This document shows positions 9,159 to 19,637 of a DNA stretch of 64,000 nucleotides, one piece after another. Under the pieces are notes generated by a model, which worked only from the letters and a program-made list of their open reading frames with translations, ran no database searches and was not told the DNA's origin. Source of the DNA: Gammaproteobacteria bacterium TMED78 (GTDB lineage: Bacteria > Pseudomonadota > Gammaproteobacteria > Steroidobacterales > Rariloculaceae); assembly GCA_002171615.1 (NCBI GenBank), contig NHEF01000010.1:155017-219016 (forward strand), given 5' to 3'. The translations under genes were made by a program, and so were the position numbers. Position 1 is the first letter of the stretch. Each line of letters begins with the position of its first letter.

Positions 9159-9626
9159 ATGAACGACAGTCAAATTCCAGACTCCGCAATAAAAAAAAGA
9201 ATTCAAGAAGATGCAAATAATGCTTTAAAAGCTGGTGAAAAATTTCAACTAGGCGTTCTAAGATTAATACTCTCTTCTATAAAACAATATGAAGTGGATA
9301 ATAGAAAATTAATTAATGATAAAAATGTATTATTGGTCCTTGAAAAAATGGTGAAACAAAGAAAAGAGGCCATAATACAGTTTAAGCAAGGCAATAGAAT
9401 TGATCTTGTTGAAAAAGAAACAAAAGAAATATCAATATTAAAAGAGTATTTACCTGAACAACTTGATGAATTAACTACAGATAAGCTAATAGATCAAATA
9501 ATCATAAAATTAGATGCTAATTCATTAAAAGATATGGGGAAAGTAATGAAGGAATTGCAGGATCAAGCTCAAGGAAGAATTGATATGAAATTAGCGAGCG
9601 AGAAAATTAAAAATATTCTCCAATAA
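9159..9626 (+). CDS. GatB/YqeY domain protein
   Basis: 155 aa. The ..ALKAGEK..L..LRLILSSIK..E and KEYLPEQL pattern is typical of the YqeY family. It sits between rpsU and dnaG. Confidence 0.8.
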   Translation: MNDSQIPDSAIKKRIQEDANNALKAGEKFQLGVLRLILSSIKQYEVDNRKLINDKNVLLVLEKMVKQRKEAIIQFKQGNRIDLVEKETKEISILKEYLPEQLDELTTDKLIDQIIIKLDANSLKDMGKVMKELQDQAQGRIDMKLASEKIKNILQ

Positions 9627-9691
9627 TGATCATTGTAAAAAAATACTAAAAATTTGCTAAACTTTACTAATGTAATAATAAACTAAATTAT

Positions 9692-11425
9692 TTGGGATCA
9701 GATGTGGCTCGATATTTTCCTAAAGCTTTCGTAGCAGACCTAATAACAAGAATTGATATAGTAGAAGTTATAAGCAAGAGTATTAATTTAAAGAAAAATG
9801 GTTCTCGATATAAGGCATCCTGTCCTTTTCATGATGAAAAAACCCCTTCTTTTATAGTTACCCCAGAAAAAGGTATTTACTACTGCTTTGGCTGTAGTGA
9901 GAATGGAAATGCTATAGATTTTATAATGAAGTTTGAAAATTTAAGTTTTCCAGAAGCAGTAGAAGCTCTATCTGAAATGATAGGTTTACAACTTCCCGAG
10001 GATGATAATTACAAAGAGAATAATACCGGGGAAATTCTCCAAATTATTTCTAAAACTAAAGAAATATATAAGACAAATTTAAAGAAAAGTAAAAACGCAC
10101 TAAACTATCTTAATGATAGAAATATAAAAGAAATCTCTATAAATAGATATGAGATTGGATATTCTCCAAATTCATGGGATACACTTAAAAAAAATATCCA
10201 AAAAATTGACTACGATAAATTTAATAAAGCTGGCTTAATCGTCAAAAATGAAAAAGGCCACTATTATGATCGCTTTAGGAATAGGATAATTTTTCCAATT
10301 AAAAATATTTCAGGAAAAGTTATAGGATTTGGGGGCAGAATAATATCCAATGATCAACCTAAATACTTAAACTCTCCGGAGACCGACCTATTTCACAAAG
10401 CTAATGAACTATATGGATTATACGAAGCAAAACAAAAAAAGGGGAATATAGATCAAATAATTGTAGTAGAAGGATATTTGGATGTTATTAGCCTGACTCA
10501 GCAAGGAATAGAGTCTGTGGTAGCAACCATGGGAACAGCAATAACTAACGCTCATATTAAAAGATTAATCCGTTTATCAGAGAAAATAGTATTTTGTTTT
10601 GACGGAGATAGCGCTGGTCGAACTGCTGCATGGAGAGCGCTAGAAACCTTGTTATCAAGCGCTGGTGGTACTACAGAATTTAAATTCTTAATCTTGCCTG
10701 AAGAGTCAGATCCTGATTCCATAATTAATGAACTAGGTCAAATACATTTCGAAGAATTAGTTAATAATTCTGCACCATTAACAGACTTCCTCTTTTCTGA
10801 ACTAGAAAAAAAAGTAGAACTTAATAATACAGACAATTTATCAAAACTCGTATCTCTAGCTAAGCCCTTGTTAGAAAATATTTCCAATCCTATTTATAAA
10901 GAACTAATAATTAATAAACTCTCTCAGAAAATTGGCATCAAAGCAGAAAAGCTAGATTTCTTATTACTAGAAAAAAATACAGAAAAACAAGGGAGGGAAG
11001 TAAATAGGCCAGCTATTAGTAAAAATACACTAGTAAGAAAGGCAATAACATTAGTCCTTCATTATCCTAGTGCCGCTAGAAAACTTAAAGACATTCCTAA
11101 TCTTTCAGTAGTTGATCTACCTGGAATAAGATTATTAGAAAGCCTAATAAACGTAGCAAGAGAAAATAAAAATTTTAATACGGCAAATCTTGAAGAATAT
11201 TTTAGAAATGACAAGGAAGGAAGATTCTTATCAAAATTAATTGGATCTGAACTTTTAGATGATAAAGATGCAGCTCCGCTAGTTCTAGTTGATAATATAA
11301 ATAGGATCATCGAAAATGATCTTAGAAAAAAATTATCTAGCTTAATGAACAAAGGCTCTAAGTTAAGCTCAATAGAGAAAGAAGAAATCACAGAGTTACA
11401 AAAAAAAATTAAATCTTTTTTTTAA
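9692..11425 (+). CDS. dnaG: DNA primase
   Basis: Zinc finger CPFHDEKTPSF..CFGC and TOPRIM VVEGYLDV..DGDSAG. The likely true start is GTG at 9704 (MARYFPKAFVADL..) rather than TTG at 9692. Confidence 0.95.
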   Translation: MGSDVARYFPKAFVADLITRIDIVEVISKSINLKKNGSRYKASCPFHDEKTPSFIVTPEKGIYYCFGCSENGNAIDFIMKFENLSFPEAVEALSEMIGLQLPEDDNYKENNTGEILQIISKTKEIYKTNLKKSKNALNYLNDRNIKEISINRYEIGYSPNSWDTLKKNIQKIDYDKFNKAGLIVKNEKGHYYDRFRNRIIFPIKNISGKVIGFGGRIISNDQPKYLNSPETDLFHKANELYGLYEAKQKKGNIDQIIVVEGYLDVISLTQQGIESVVATMGTAITNAHIKRLIRLSEKIVFCFDGDSAGRTAAWRALETLLSSAGGTTEFKFLILPEESDPDSIINELGQIHFEELVNNSAPLTDFLFSELEKKVELNNTDNLSKLVSLAKPLLENISNPIYKELIINKLSQKIGIKAEKLDFLLLEKNTEKQGREVNRPAISKNTLVRKAITLVLHYPSAARKLKDIPNLSVVDLPGIRLLESLINVARENKNFNTANLEEYFRNDKEGRFLSKLIGSELLDDKDAAPLVLVDNINRIIENDLRKKLSSLMNKGSKLSSIEKEEITELQKKIKSFF

Positions 11426-11549
11426 ATTAGCAAAATATGCTTATATGGCATATTTTATGCATGTAAATATATATATAAAAAAGTGAAATTTTTTTCAAAG
11501 AAATGCATTTTTAAGATAAAATAGATCGATTATTTGCACGGAAAAACAT

Positions 11550-13397
11550 ATGGCGCTTTCATCAGAAAAAACTAAAAAAAATAATGTAGAGGATAAACAA
11601 TCCCAGCTCAAAATTCTTATCAGTAGAGGAAAGGAACAAGGCTATCTAACATTTAGTGAAATTAACGATCACTTACCAAATGACATAGTTGATCCAGAGC
11701 AGATAGAAGATATAGTTAATATGATAAATGATATGGGCATAACAGTCCATGAGAAAGCACCTGATGCAGAGTCAATAATACTCAGCGACTCAGCTGTTTC
11801 ATCTGATGACGATGCAGCTGAAGAAGCTGCTGTTGCATTAGCCTCTGTTGATAGTGAGTTTGGAAGAACAACTGACCCCGTAAGAATGTACATGAGAGAA
11901 ATGGGTACCGTTGAACTATTGACAAGAGAAGGTGAAATTGAAATTGCCCAGAGAATAGAAAAAGGTCTAGCTGATGTAAAAGCAGAACTTATACGCTTCC
12001 CAATGACAATAGGCCTCCTAATTGACCAATATGATCTTCTGAACAAAGGGTTAGGGAAAATCCAAGATATAGTAGTTGGGTTTATTGATCCATTTGAAGA
12101 AATAGCTGTGCCCTCAACAAAGAATAATAATGATGATAACAATTCTGTCGATGATGATGATGAAGAAGAACAGGATGAAGGCCCAGATCCAATAGAATTT
12201 GCAAAAAAAATGAAGCCAATCATTAGAAATTATAATGCATACATGAAAAGTCTTGAGAAAAATGGCTTCAATGATAAGACTACGATTAAAAAAGGTGAGC
12301 TAATTAAAGAACACTTCATGGAGCTTAAATTAGCACCAAAGATGCTAGAAGCTATACTGCTACAAATATCTGATACAGTAAAAGAAATCAGAACACAAGA
12401 AAGAGCTATCATATCAATTTGTGTGGATAAATCAGGAATGCCAAGAAAAGATTTTATTAATAGTTTCAAAAATAATGAGATAAATTTAGATTGGGTTAAT
12501 AAACACATTAGGGCAAAAAGAAAACACTCATCTCAATTAGCTAAGCAAAAACAAGATATAATTAGATCACAAAAACGTATAATTAAAGTAGAGGCTCTTA
12601 CTTGTTTAACAATATTAGAAATAAGAGAAATAAATAGACAAATATCTATCGGCAAAGCTAAAGCAAGAAGAGCAAAAAAAGAAATGGTTGAGGCTAACCT
12701 TAGATTAGTTATTTCTATAGCAAAAAAATACACAAATCGTGGTCTTCAATTTTTAGATCTTATACAAGAAGGCAATATAGGCTTAATGAAAGCAGTTGAT
12801 AAATTTGAATATAGAAGAGGATATAAATTTTCAACTTATGCTACATGGTGGATAAGACAAGCAATAACTCGTTCTATAGCAGATCAAGCGAGAACTATTA
12901 GAATACCTGTCCATATGATTGAAACTATCAATAAGCTTAATAGAATTTCTAGAAACATGCTTCAAGAAATGGGTCGTGAACCTACTCCCGAAGAGCTTTC
13001 TGAAAGAATGGACTTGCCCGAAGATAAGGTAAGAAAAGTGTTAAAAATTGCTAAAGAACCAATCTCAATGGAAACTCCTATAGGTGATGAGGAAGATTCG
13101 AATCTTGGTGACTTTATAGAAGATACGGAAGTTTCTTCCCCAATAGATACTGCTACGTCAGAGGGCCTGAAAGAAACTACTCATGCCGTCCTTGCAGGCT
13201 TAACTCCACGAGAAGCTAAAGTTTTAAGAATGCGGTTTGGTATAGATATGAACACAGACCATACACTAGAAGAGGTTGGTAAGCAGTTTGATGTTACAAG
13301 AGAAAGGATAAGGCAAATAGAAGCGAAGGCACTTCGTAAACTCCGACATCCATCAAGAACTGACCAGCTACGTAGTTTTCTACTTGAAGATCAATAA
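11550..13397 (+). CDS. rpoD: RNA polymerase primary sigma factor sigma-70
   Basis: Acidic non-conserved insert; region 2 [12 protein letters not shown]; region 4.2 [30 protein letters not shown]. Confidence 0.98.
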   Translation: MALSSEKTKKNNVEDKQSQLKILISRGKEQGYLTFSEINDHLPNDIVDPEQIEDIVNMINDMGITVHEKAPDAESIILSDSAVSSDDDAAEEAAVALASVDSEFGRTTDPVRMYMREMGTVELLTREGEIEIAQRIEKGLADVKAELIRFPMTIGLLIDQYDLLNKGLGKIQDIVVGFIDPFEEIAVPSTKNNNDDNNSVDDDDEEEQDEGPDPIEFAKKMKPIIRNYNAYMKSLEKNGFNDKTTIKKGELIKEHFMELKLAPKMLEAILLQISDTVKEIRTQERAIISICVDKSGMPRKDFINSFKNNEINLDWVNKHIRAKRKHSSQLAKQKQDIIRSQKRIIKVEALTCLTILEIREINRQISIGKAKARRAKKEMVEANLRLVISIAKKYTNRGLQFLDLIQEGNIGLMKAVDKFEYRRGYKFSTYATWWIRQAITRSIADQARTIRIPVHMIETINKLNRISRNMLQEMGREPTPEELSERMDLPEDKVRKVLKIAKEPISMETPIGDEEDSNLGDFIEDTEVSSPIDTATSEGLKETTHAVLAGLTPREAKVLRMRFGIDMNTDHTLEEVGKQFDVTRERIRQIEAKALRKLRHPSRTDQLRSFLLEDQ

Positions 13398-13473
13398 TTT
13401 CCTACCTACAACTGACTGTTCTCATTTAAATATTTTCTAGTTCTTTAAAAAATATTTTATCAAAAAACTAAGC

Positions 13474-14667
13474 ATGCAAAAAGATATAGATATTGCGGTT
13501 TATGGAGCGACAGGATTTACTGGTCAACTATGCGTAAAATATTTACAATCGCTAAACATAGAGGCAAAGTGGTTAATAGCTGGACGAAATAAAAACAACC
13601 TTAAAAAGGTATTTCATAATTGCCTAGATGAAATAGAGATTTTTGTTGCCGATTCAGATGATGCCCAAGCATTGGATGCCTTAACATCAAGATCAAAAGT
13701 TATTTTATCTACTGCGGGCCCCTTTCATCGATGCGGCTCAAAGATAGTTGCTTCTTGTATAAAAAATGGTACTCATTACGTAGATATAACTGGTGAGACT
13801 TTTTGGGTAAGATCCCTAATCGAAAAATATCATGAAAAAGCATCTTCTAAAGGTGTGAAAATTATACCTCTATGTGGATTTGACTCAATTCCCTCTGACC
13901 TTGGGGTATTGCATATCTCAACAGTACTAAATAAACCTATTAAAAGGATTGAGTCCTTCTACTCACTCAAAGGAAGAGCTTCAGGTGGTACTATAGAAAC
14001 TTTTTTTTCAATAAAAAATCTAGATCTTAAAACCAATTTATCTGATCCTTTTTTGTTAAATCCAAAAGATTCATACTCGGCTCAACAAAAATATTTAAGT
14101 AGCGATAAAATCAGTATCTCAAAAAAAAATGAGATTAATGCTTGGTCTGGGCCCTTTATTATGTCTGCTATCAACACAAGAGTGGTTAGACGAAGTGAGG
14201 CTCTTCTAAAATTAAGGCAGAAATCCTATGGTCCTAATTTCACCTACCAAGAGTATACTCTTCATAAGAGTTGGTTTAGTGCATTTAAATCTTCAATTAT
14301 CATAGGATTATTAAGCTTATTATTTATCTCACCACTTAAAAAATTAATAAGATCATTCTTGCCAAAGCCAGGTGAAGGCCCATCAGAAGTTATACAAGAA
14401 AATGGTTGGTTTACTTGTAAGTTTATAGTTGAAACAGAAGACAGAGAAAAATCAGTATTTGTTATGCACGGAAAGGGCGATCCAGGGTATAAGATTACAT
14501 CAAAGCTTGCCATAGAAAGTGCACTTTGCTTGATTGAGAGCTCAGATAGCTTACCTGGAGGCTCAAATTATGGTGGAATTCTTACTAGTGCCTCAGGCTT
14601 GGGCAATTCTCTAATTTATAGGTTGCAAAGAGCTGGAATAACTATTGAAGGTCCACTGAAATCCTAA
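13474..14667 (+). CDS. Saccharopine dehydrogenase-like NAD(P)-binding oxidoreductase
   Basis: The N-terminal VYGATGFTGQL Rossmann motif and overall length/pattern fit the family. Confidence 0.7.
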   Translation: MQKDIDIAVYGATGFTGQLCVKYLQSLNIEAKWLIAGRNKNNLKKVFHNCLDEIEIFVADSDDAQALDALTSRSKVILSTAGPFHRCGSKIVASCIKNGTHYVDITGETFWVRSLIEKYHEKASSKGVKIIPLCGFDSIPSDLGVLHISTVLNKPIKRIESFYSLKGRASGGTIETFFSIKNLDLKTNLSDPFLLNPKDSYSAQQKYLSSDKISISKKNEINAWSGPFIMSAINTRVVRRSEALLKLRQKSYGPNFTYQEYTLHKSWFSAFKSSIIIGLLSLLFISPLKKLIRSFLPKPGEGPSEVIQENGWFTCKFIVETEDREKSVFVMHGKGDPGYKITSKLAIESALCLIESSDSLPGGSNYGGILTSASGLGNSLIYRLQRAGITIEGPLKS

Positions 14668-14705
14668 CTTTATCAAAGATTTTATCTAGCTTAAGTTACT
14701 TTTTA

Positions 14706-15182
14706 TTAAAAAATTAATCTTGAAAACTGAAATATAATTATAGCTGCTGTTCCAGCTAAAAAATCATCCAACATAATACCTATACCACCACCTATTTTTT
14801 TGTCAACATAGTTGATTGGCCAAGGCTTCCAAATATCAAATAGGCGAAATAAAATAAAAAGTATGGCCCAGTCTAAAAGAGAAGAATCTGCAAATAGTAG
14901 GACTCCGTACATAATAGACATCTCATCCCACACAATACTAGAATGGTCATGATAATTAAGTAGCTTTGCGCTTTCTCCACAAATCCAGGACCCTAAAAAA
15001 ATTAAAGTAAAAAAAATTAAAGTCTGTAAAACATAACCAATATCTAACGTTAGATAAAAAAATAGCATGCCAAATAAAGAACCCATAGTTCCTGGTGCTA
15101 TAGGTGATAATCCTACCCCGAAGCAAGATGCTAAAAAACTAACTGGATTATGAAATACTTTTATATTATCACTGTTATTCAT
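14706..15182 (-). CDS. pgpA: Phosphatidylglycerophosphatase A
   Basis: GVGLSPIAPGTMGSLFG and DDFLAG motifs in a small membrane protein. Confidence 0.88.
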   Translation of the reverse strand: MNNSDNIKVFHNPVSFLASCFGVGLSPIAPGTMGSLFGMLFFYLTLDIGYVLQTLIFFTLIFLGSWICGESAKLLNYHDHSSIVWDEMSIMYGVLLFADSSLLDWAILFILFRLFDIWKPWPINYVDKKIGGGIGIMLDDFLAGTAAIIIFQFSRLIF

Positions 15183-15467
15183 TCGAATTATTATTCTTAC
15201 TTAAGATAAATTTCATATTTTTAATTATAATTCTCGCTATTTTCTAATAATGAATAGAATCTTAATAATTACTAGTAATAGTTAATACTATTTAAATATA
15301 ATCTATCTAGAACACCTTATAAAGAAAAACATTAATCTGATATAATGGTTGATTATTACCTATGCAAGGCATTGCTTATGTGTGCTAGGTGCGTAGTTTT
15401 TAGTTTAGTTTTGAACGCATGCGTAAGGGATTTAACGCACGAGATAAAAAAACCCTAATAAAATCAG

Positions 15468-15544
15468 GGGCCTGTAGCTCAGTTGGTTAGAGCAGTGGAC
15501 TCATAATCCATTGGTCGGAGGTTCGAGTCCTCCCGGGCCCACCA
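15468..15544 (+). tRNA. tRNA with CAU anticodon, more like tRNA-Ile2 (lysidine) than elongator tRNA-Met
   Basis: Hand-folded cloverleaf. Acceptor GGGCCTG/CGGGCCC (one G-U pair); D stem GCTC/GAGC; anticodon stem GTGGA/TCCAT; loop CTCATAA; variable TGGTC; T arm GGAGG-TTCGAGT-CCTCC; A73; encoded CCA. C4-G69, C5-G68 and G27-U43 mirror E. coli ileX. Confidence 0.93.
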
Positions 15545-15566
15545 TTTAAAAAAGATAGAATAGAAT

Positions 15567-16550
15567 TTATAAAGGCTTGGATATTATTTTATTACACAAG
15601 TCATTAAACGAAATTCCAACTGCTAGAGCAGACTTAGGGAGAAGGCTACTATCACTTAATCCTGGTAAAGTATTCGCCTCTAAGCACCAAATTCTTTCAT
15701 CGGCATCAACTCTAAAATCTACCCTACTATAATTATTAAGCCCAAGTGAATCATGAACATTTTTAGCTATTTCTTTTATCTTTACCTCTAAATTTTTACT
15801 TATATTCGCAGGAAAAACTTCCTCTGCGAATCCAGGTTGATATTTAGATTCATAATCAAAAATACTACCTCTTTTTGGTATTATTTCTCCAACTGAAAGT
15901 GGCTTATCACAAAGAATACCGACCGTAAGCTCCCTTCCTGCGATGTATTTTTCAATAATTACTTTTTTGTCAAATATCTTTGCTAAATCGATAGCATCCT
16001 TCATGGCACTTTTCTGATCTACATAACTTAATCCAACTGTTGATCCTTGAGAATCTGGCTTCACAATTACTGGAAAATCAATATCACTATGTAGATCATA
16101 GTTATCAGCAAAAACTTGCCAGCTTGGTGTCAATATCTTTTTAGATAAAAATACCTTTTTGCTTTTATCTTTGCTCATTGCTAATGAGCTACTATTAGAA
16201 TCACTACCAGTAAAGGGTAATGATTTTTTTTCTAAAATAGATTGAATAGTTCCATTTTCACCAATCCCACCATGCAATGCTATAAAAATTAAATCGAATT
16301 TTAAAAAGCTATCTCGTAAAATAAATTCATAAAAAATGCTTTCATCTTCTTTTCTAATCTTAGGTGGCTTTAATTTAATTTTTCTATCAAGGATTTGCTT
16401 TTCTTGAGCTTGACTGAGAAATCCTAAAGATAAATCCACTGTATGGACGTCGTGGCCTAAATACCTTAAAGCTGAAATAACTTGCTTTGCACTTGAAATA
16501 GAAATATCACGCTCCATACTAGAGCCTCCTAAAAGTAGTGCAATTTTCAA
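15567..16550 (-). CDS. ddl: D-alanine--D-alanine ligase
   Basis: ALHGGIGENGTIQ, ATP-grasp core and EANTLPGLS motifs; 327 aa. Confidence 0.9.
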   Translation of the reverse strand: MKIALLLGGSSMERDISISSAKQVISALRYLGHDVHTVDLSLGFLSQAQEKQILDRKIKLKPPKIRKEDESIFYEFILRDSFLKFDLIFIALHGGIGENGTIQSILEKKSLPFTGSDSNSSSLAMSKDKSKKVFLSKKILTPSWQVFADNYDLHSDIDFPVIVKPDSQGSTVGLSYVDQKSAMKDAIDLAKIFDKKVIIEKYIAGRELTVGILCDKPLSVGEIIPKRGSIFDYESKYQPGFAEEVFPANISKNLEVKIKEIAKNVHDSLGLNNYSRVDFRVDADERIWCLEANTLPGLSDSSLLPKSALAVGISFNDLCNKIISKPL

Positions 16551-16626
16551 AAACTAATCCTCCTAAATGTTAAAGTTCTCTCAAAAAAACTAGGTGATCT
16601 ATCTATTTAAAGTGATAATATTCGCA

Positions 16627-18078
16627 ATGAAATACTCTACTAGATATATTAAATTCACTCAATCAATTGCTTTGCTATTTTTTTGTTTTTCTAGCAATGC
16701 CTATTCTGAATTAATTCAACCAGGTGATCTAAGGTTAAAGCATGATATACAGCTATTATCAGATGCAGGAATTATTACTGCGCCGATTAGTGGATGGCCA
16801 ATTTTCTTATCAGGAATCTCACTAAATAGAGATGAAATTATTAAAAATAGTCCAAACCTGATTACAGCACTAGAAAGAGTATTTCCAGAGAAAGAATCAC
16901 ATGATGATATTAAAATAAATCTTGGCTTCTCTGCCTCAAATGAAACAGATAGGATAAGAGGATATCAATCTAGACCAAGAAAAAATGAAGAGCTATCTTG
17001 GCGGCTAGCAACATCGAAAGGGAGATTTTATTTTGACCTTAGGGCCAAAGTTGATAAAACCCATATTGGAAAAAATAGTGCTAGACCAACAGGCTCCTAT
17101 ATTGGAATGGCTATAGGAAACTGGTTCATCTCGGCAAATGCAGCTAGTAGATGGTGGGGCCCTGGTTGGGATGGAAGCCTAATATTCTCAAATAATATTA
17201 GGGGGATACACTCACTTTCTATCAATAGAAGAGTGGCTAAAAAATTTGATATTCCTTTTCTTAAATGGCTTGGGCCATGGACTACACAAATACTATATGG
17301 AAAATTAGAAAAGAATAGAAATATAGAGTATCCACACCTTTTCGGGTGGAGAATGGGGTTTAAGCCCTTAAATAATTTAGAGGTAGGATTATCTAGGGTC
17401 GCACAATTTTGTGGAAAAGGGAGAGAGTGTAATAGTAATACATTTACTAATATGTTGTTAGGCAATGATAATGGCGGCGATAACATATCTATTAAAGAGG
17501 AGCCTGGTAACCAATTGGCTGGTTTTGATCTTCGTTATTCACTCAAAAAGGCTAAGTTGCCTTTCGCAATATATACTCAATGGATTGGTGAAGATGAATT
17601 TCATGGTCTTCCTAGTGCCTATATGGGCCAAGTAGGAATAGAAACATGGGGATTTAACTCTTTAGGAAATAACTATAGATCTTTCTTTGAATGGAGTGAT
17701 ACTTCCTGCGATGTGATTGGGGGCTCTCCTCAATTAGGATGTGCATATGAGCACTCTATTTATAAATCTGGGTACCGATACAAATCTAGATCAATTGGCC
17801 ATACGATAGATTCAGATAGCAGAATGCTAAGTCTTGGTGGTTTAATAATCAATGATGAGGGTCACATATGGTCGGTAGTAGCAAGAAAATCTGAGATAAA
17901 TAGAAGTAATGGAAAAAATCATACAATATCAATAACAAAAGAAAAAATCAGCTCAATTGAGCTGATGCGCTCTTTATCATATAGGAAAGGTAGTATAAGA
18001 TTCACCTTTACAAGAGAATTGAGCGATATAAATCCATCAAAGAATCTTTTTTCGATCCAATGGAGCTGGAGAAATTAA
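16627..18078 (+). CDS. Capsule-assembly Wzi-like outer-membrane protein
   Basis: Signal peptide MKYSTRYIKFTQSIALLFFCFSSNAYS, from the internal ATG at 16627. The DLRLKHDIQLLSDAGII motif is remembered from the Wzi family, and the rest is beta-barrel-like and Gly/aromatic-rich. Confidence 0.55.
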   Translation: MKYSTRYIKFTQSIALLFFCFSSNAYSELIQPGDLRLKHDIQLLSDAGIITAPISGWPIFLSGISLNRDEIIKNSPNLITALERVFPEKESHDDIKINLGFSASNETDRIRGYQSRPRKNEELSWRLATSKGRFYFDLRAKVDKTHIGKNSARPTGSYIGMAIGNWFISANAASRWWGPGWDGSLIFSNNIRGIHSLSINRRVAKKFDIPFLKWLGPWTTQILYGKLEKNRNIEYPHLFGWRMGFKPLNNLEVGLSRVAQFCGKGRECNSNTFTNMLLGNDNGGDNISIKEEPGNQLAGFDLRYSLKKAKLPFAIYTQWIGEDEFHGLPSAYMGQVGIETWGFNSLGNNYRSFFEWSDTSCDVIGGSPQLGCAYEHSIYKSGYRYKSRSIGHTIDSDSRMLSLGGLIINDEGHIWSVVARKSEINRSNGKNHTISITKEKISSIELMRSLSYRKGSIRFTFTRELSDINPSKNLFSIQWSWRN

Positions 18079-18124
18079 TAGTTGAGAAAATTTAAATTGT
18101 TACCCCAACTGTTAGAATTATCAA

Positions 18125-18958
18125 ATGAGAATTAGTGCAAAAGAATTTTTAGAAAGCCCAAATAAACCTATAACTCTATTAGGCATGTCAGGCGTTGGTA
18201 AAACTACTCTAGCAAACAAGCTACCTAAATCTAAATGGTTTCACTACTCTGGTGACTATCGAATAGGCACAAAATATCTTGCGGAGCCTATTCTAGATAA
18301 TATTAAAAAACAGGCCATGGAAGTAGATTTTCTTAGGGATCTTTTAAGAAGCGATTCTATATATATAGCCAGTAACATAACTGTTGATAATCTTTCACCT
18401 GTTTCTTCATTTCTCGGAAAAATAGGGGTAGAAAAATTAGGTGGTATTAGTCTAGGGGAATTTAAACAAAGGCAGGCTCTTCATAAAGAAGCAGAGATTG
18501 GAGCTATGAAGGATGTAGTTAAATTTCTAGATAAGGCTAAAAAGATTTATGGTTATGATCATTTTATTAATGACGCAGGTGGAAGTATTTGTGAAATTGA
18601 TGAAAATACTTCAAATCTTTTAGCAAAGCACACTATCATCCTCTACCTTAAGGCTGATCAGAATATGGAAGAAAAAATTATTGAAAGGGCAAAGAAAAGT
18701 CCTAAGCCTATGTATTTCAATGATAAATTTCTTGATATTGAATTAGGTAATTATTTAAAAGAAAATAAAATAGATAGCCCAGATAAAATTATTCCTGATG
18801 AATTTTCTAGGTGGATTTTCCCAAAATTAATTAGTTATAGAAAACCTATTTATGAAAAATTTTCAGATAAATATGGTTACACTATTGATGCTCATGAGGC
18901 CTCAAAAGTAGCAACTGAAGAGCAATTTATTGAACTAATTGCCAGTGCTTTAAAATAA
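18125..18958 (+). CDS. P-loop NTPase/kinase of unknown function (shikimate-kinase-like fold suspected)
   Basis: Walker A LLGMSGVGKTTLANKL and a later NDAGGS motif; 277 aa. Confidence 0.5.
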   Translation: MRISAKEFLESPNKPITLLGMSGVGKTTLANKLPKSKWFHYSGDYRIGTKYLAEPILDNIKKQAMEVDFLRDLLRSDSIYIASNITVDNLSPVSSFLGKIGVEKLGGISLGEFKQRQALHKEAEIGAMKDVVKFLDKAKKIYGYDHFINDAGGSICEIDENTSNLLAKHTIILYLKADQNMEEKIIERAKKSPKPMYFNDKFLDIELGNYLKENKIDSPDKIIPDEFSRWIFPKLISYRKPIYEKFSDKYGYTIDAHEASKVATEEQFIELIASALK

Positions 18959-19019
18959 ATATCTAAATTTAAAATATTACATTGACTAGTTGAGCTAATC
19001 TAGATTACGATTAAATTAT

Positions 19020-19628
19020 ATGAAGATAATAAAAATATATTTATTATTTTGTTTAGTGACATTATTACTTTCCTGTTCTAATCAACAAAGCAAACCAGTT
19101 GAAAATGAAACAACCAATTCATTAGAAATAAATGTCCCTTTAGTTCCTTACCAACAGGACACCATTCTTAGAGAGGCAGAAATATTTTTTGGATCTACCG
19201 CCCAAGGAATGGCTGATGTGATAAATCAGGCTTTTTTAGATAATGGCTTACCTGACGCATATATAAAAGGAGAAGAAGCTGCTGGATCGATAGGTATTGG
19301 ACTGAAATATGGCCATGGGGATCTTTTCTTAAGTGATGGATCTACAAGCAAAATTTTCTGGAGAGGGCCAACTATTGGTTTTGACATAGGAGGTAATGCT
19401 ACTAAAGTATTTATACTCATTTATGATCTATCATCAATAGATTCTCTTTATCAGGGAAGATTTGGTGGAATAGAAGGGAGCTTATATTTTGTCGGAGGTT
19501 TTGGTCTAACATATAATCAAAAAGATCAAACTAAATTGGCCCCGGTAAGGTTTGGCTTAGGATGGAGACAGGGTCTAAATATTGGATACCTCCAACTTTC
19601 GGAAGAAAATACCTTGATGCCATTTTGA
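19020..19628 (+). CDS. Lipoprotein, DUF1134-like
   Basis: Lipobox LLLSCSNQ. The EEAAGSIGIGLKYGHGDLF..IFWRGPTIGFDIGGNATKVFILIYDL..GGIEGSLYFVGGFG pattern is remembered from DUF1134. Confidence 0.55.
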   Translation: MKIIKIYLLFCLVTLLLSCSNQQSKPVENETTNSLEINVPLVPYQQDTILREAEIFFGSTAQGMADVINQAFLDNGLPDAYIKGEEAAGSIGIGLKYGHGDLFLSDGSTSKIFWRGPTIGFDIGGNATKVFILIYDLSSIDSLYQGRFGGIEGSLYFVGGFGLTYNQKDQTKLAPVRFGLGWRQGLNIGYLQLSEENTLMPF

Positions 19629-19637
19629 ATGGTGTGC

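Noticed and set aside
11432-11456. Hairpin AAAATATGC-TTATATG-GCATATTTT between dnaG and rpoD as an intrinsic terminator
   Set aside because: The stem has 9 bp but only two G-C pairs, and no clean U-tract follows it. It is too weak to call. It may still modulate dnaG-rpoD readthrough.
15183-15566. tRNA-associated genomic island or integration site
   Set aside because: No integrase, no direct repeat of the tRNA 3' end, and no compositional shift. The flanking genes (pgpA, ddl) are core housekeeping genes.
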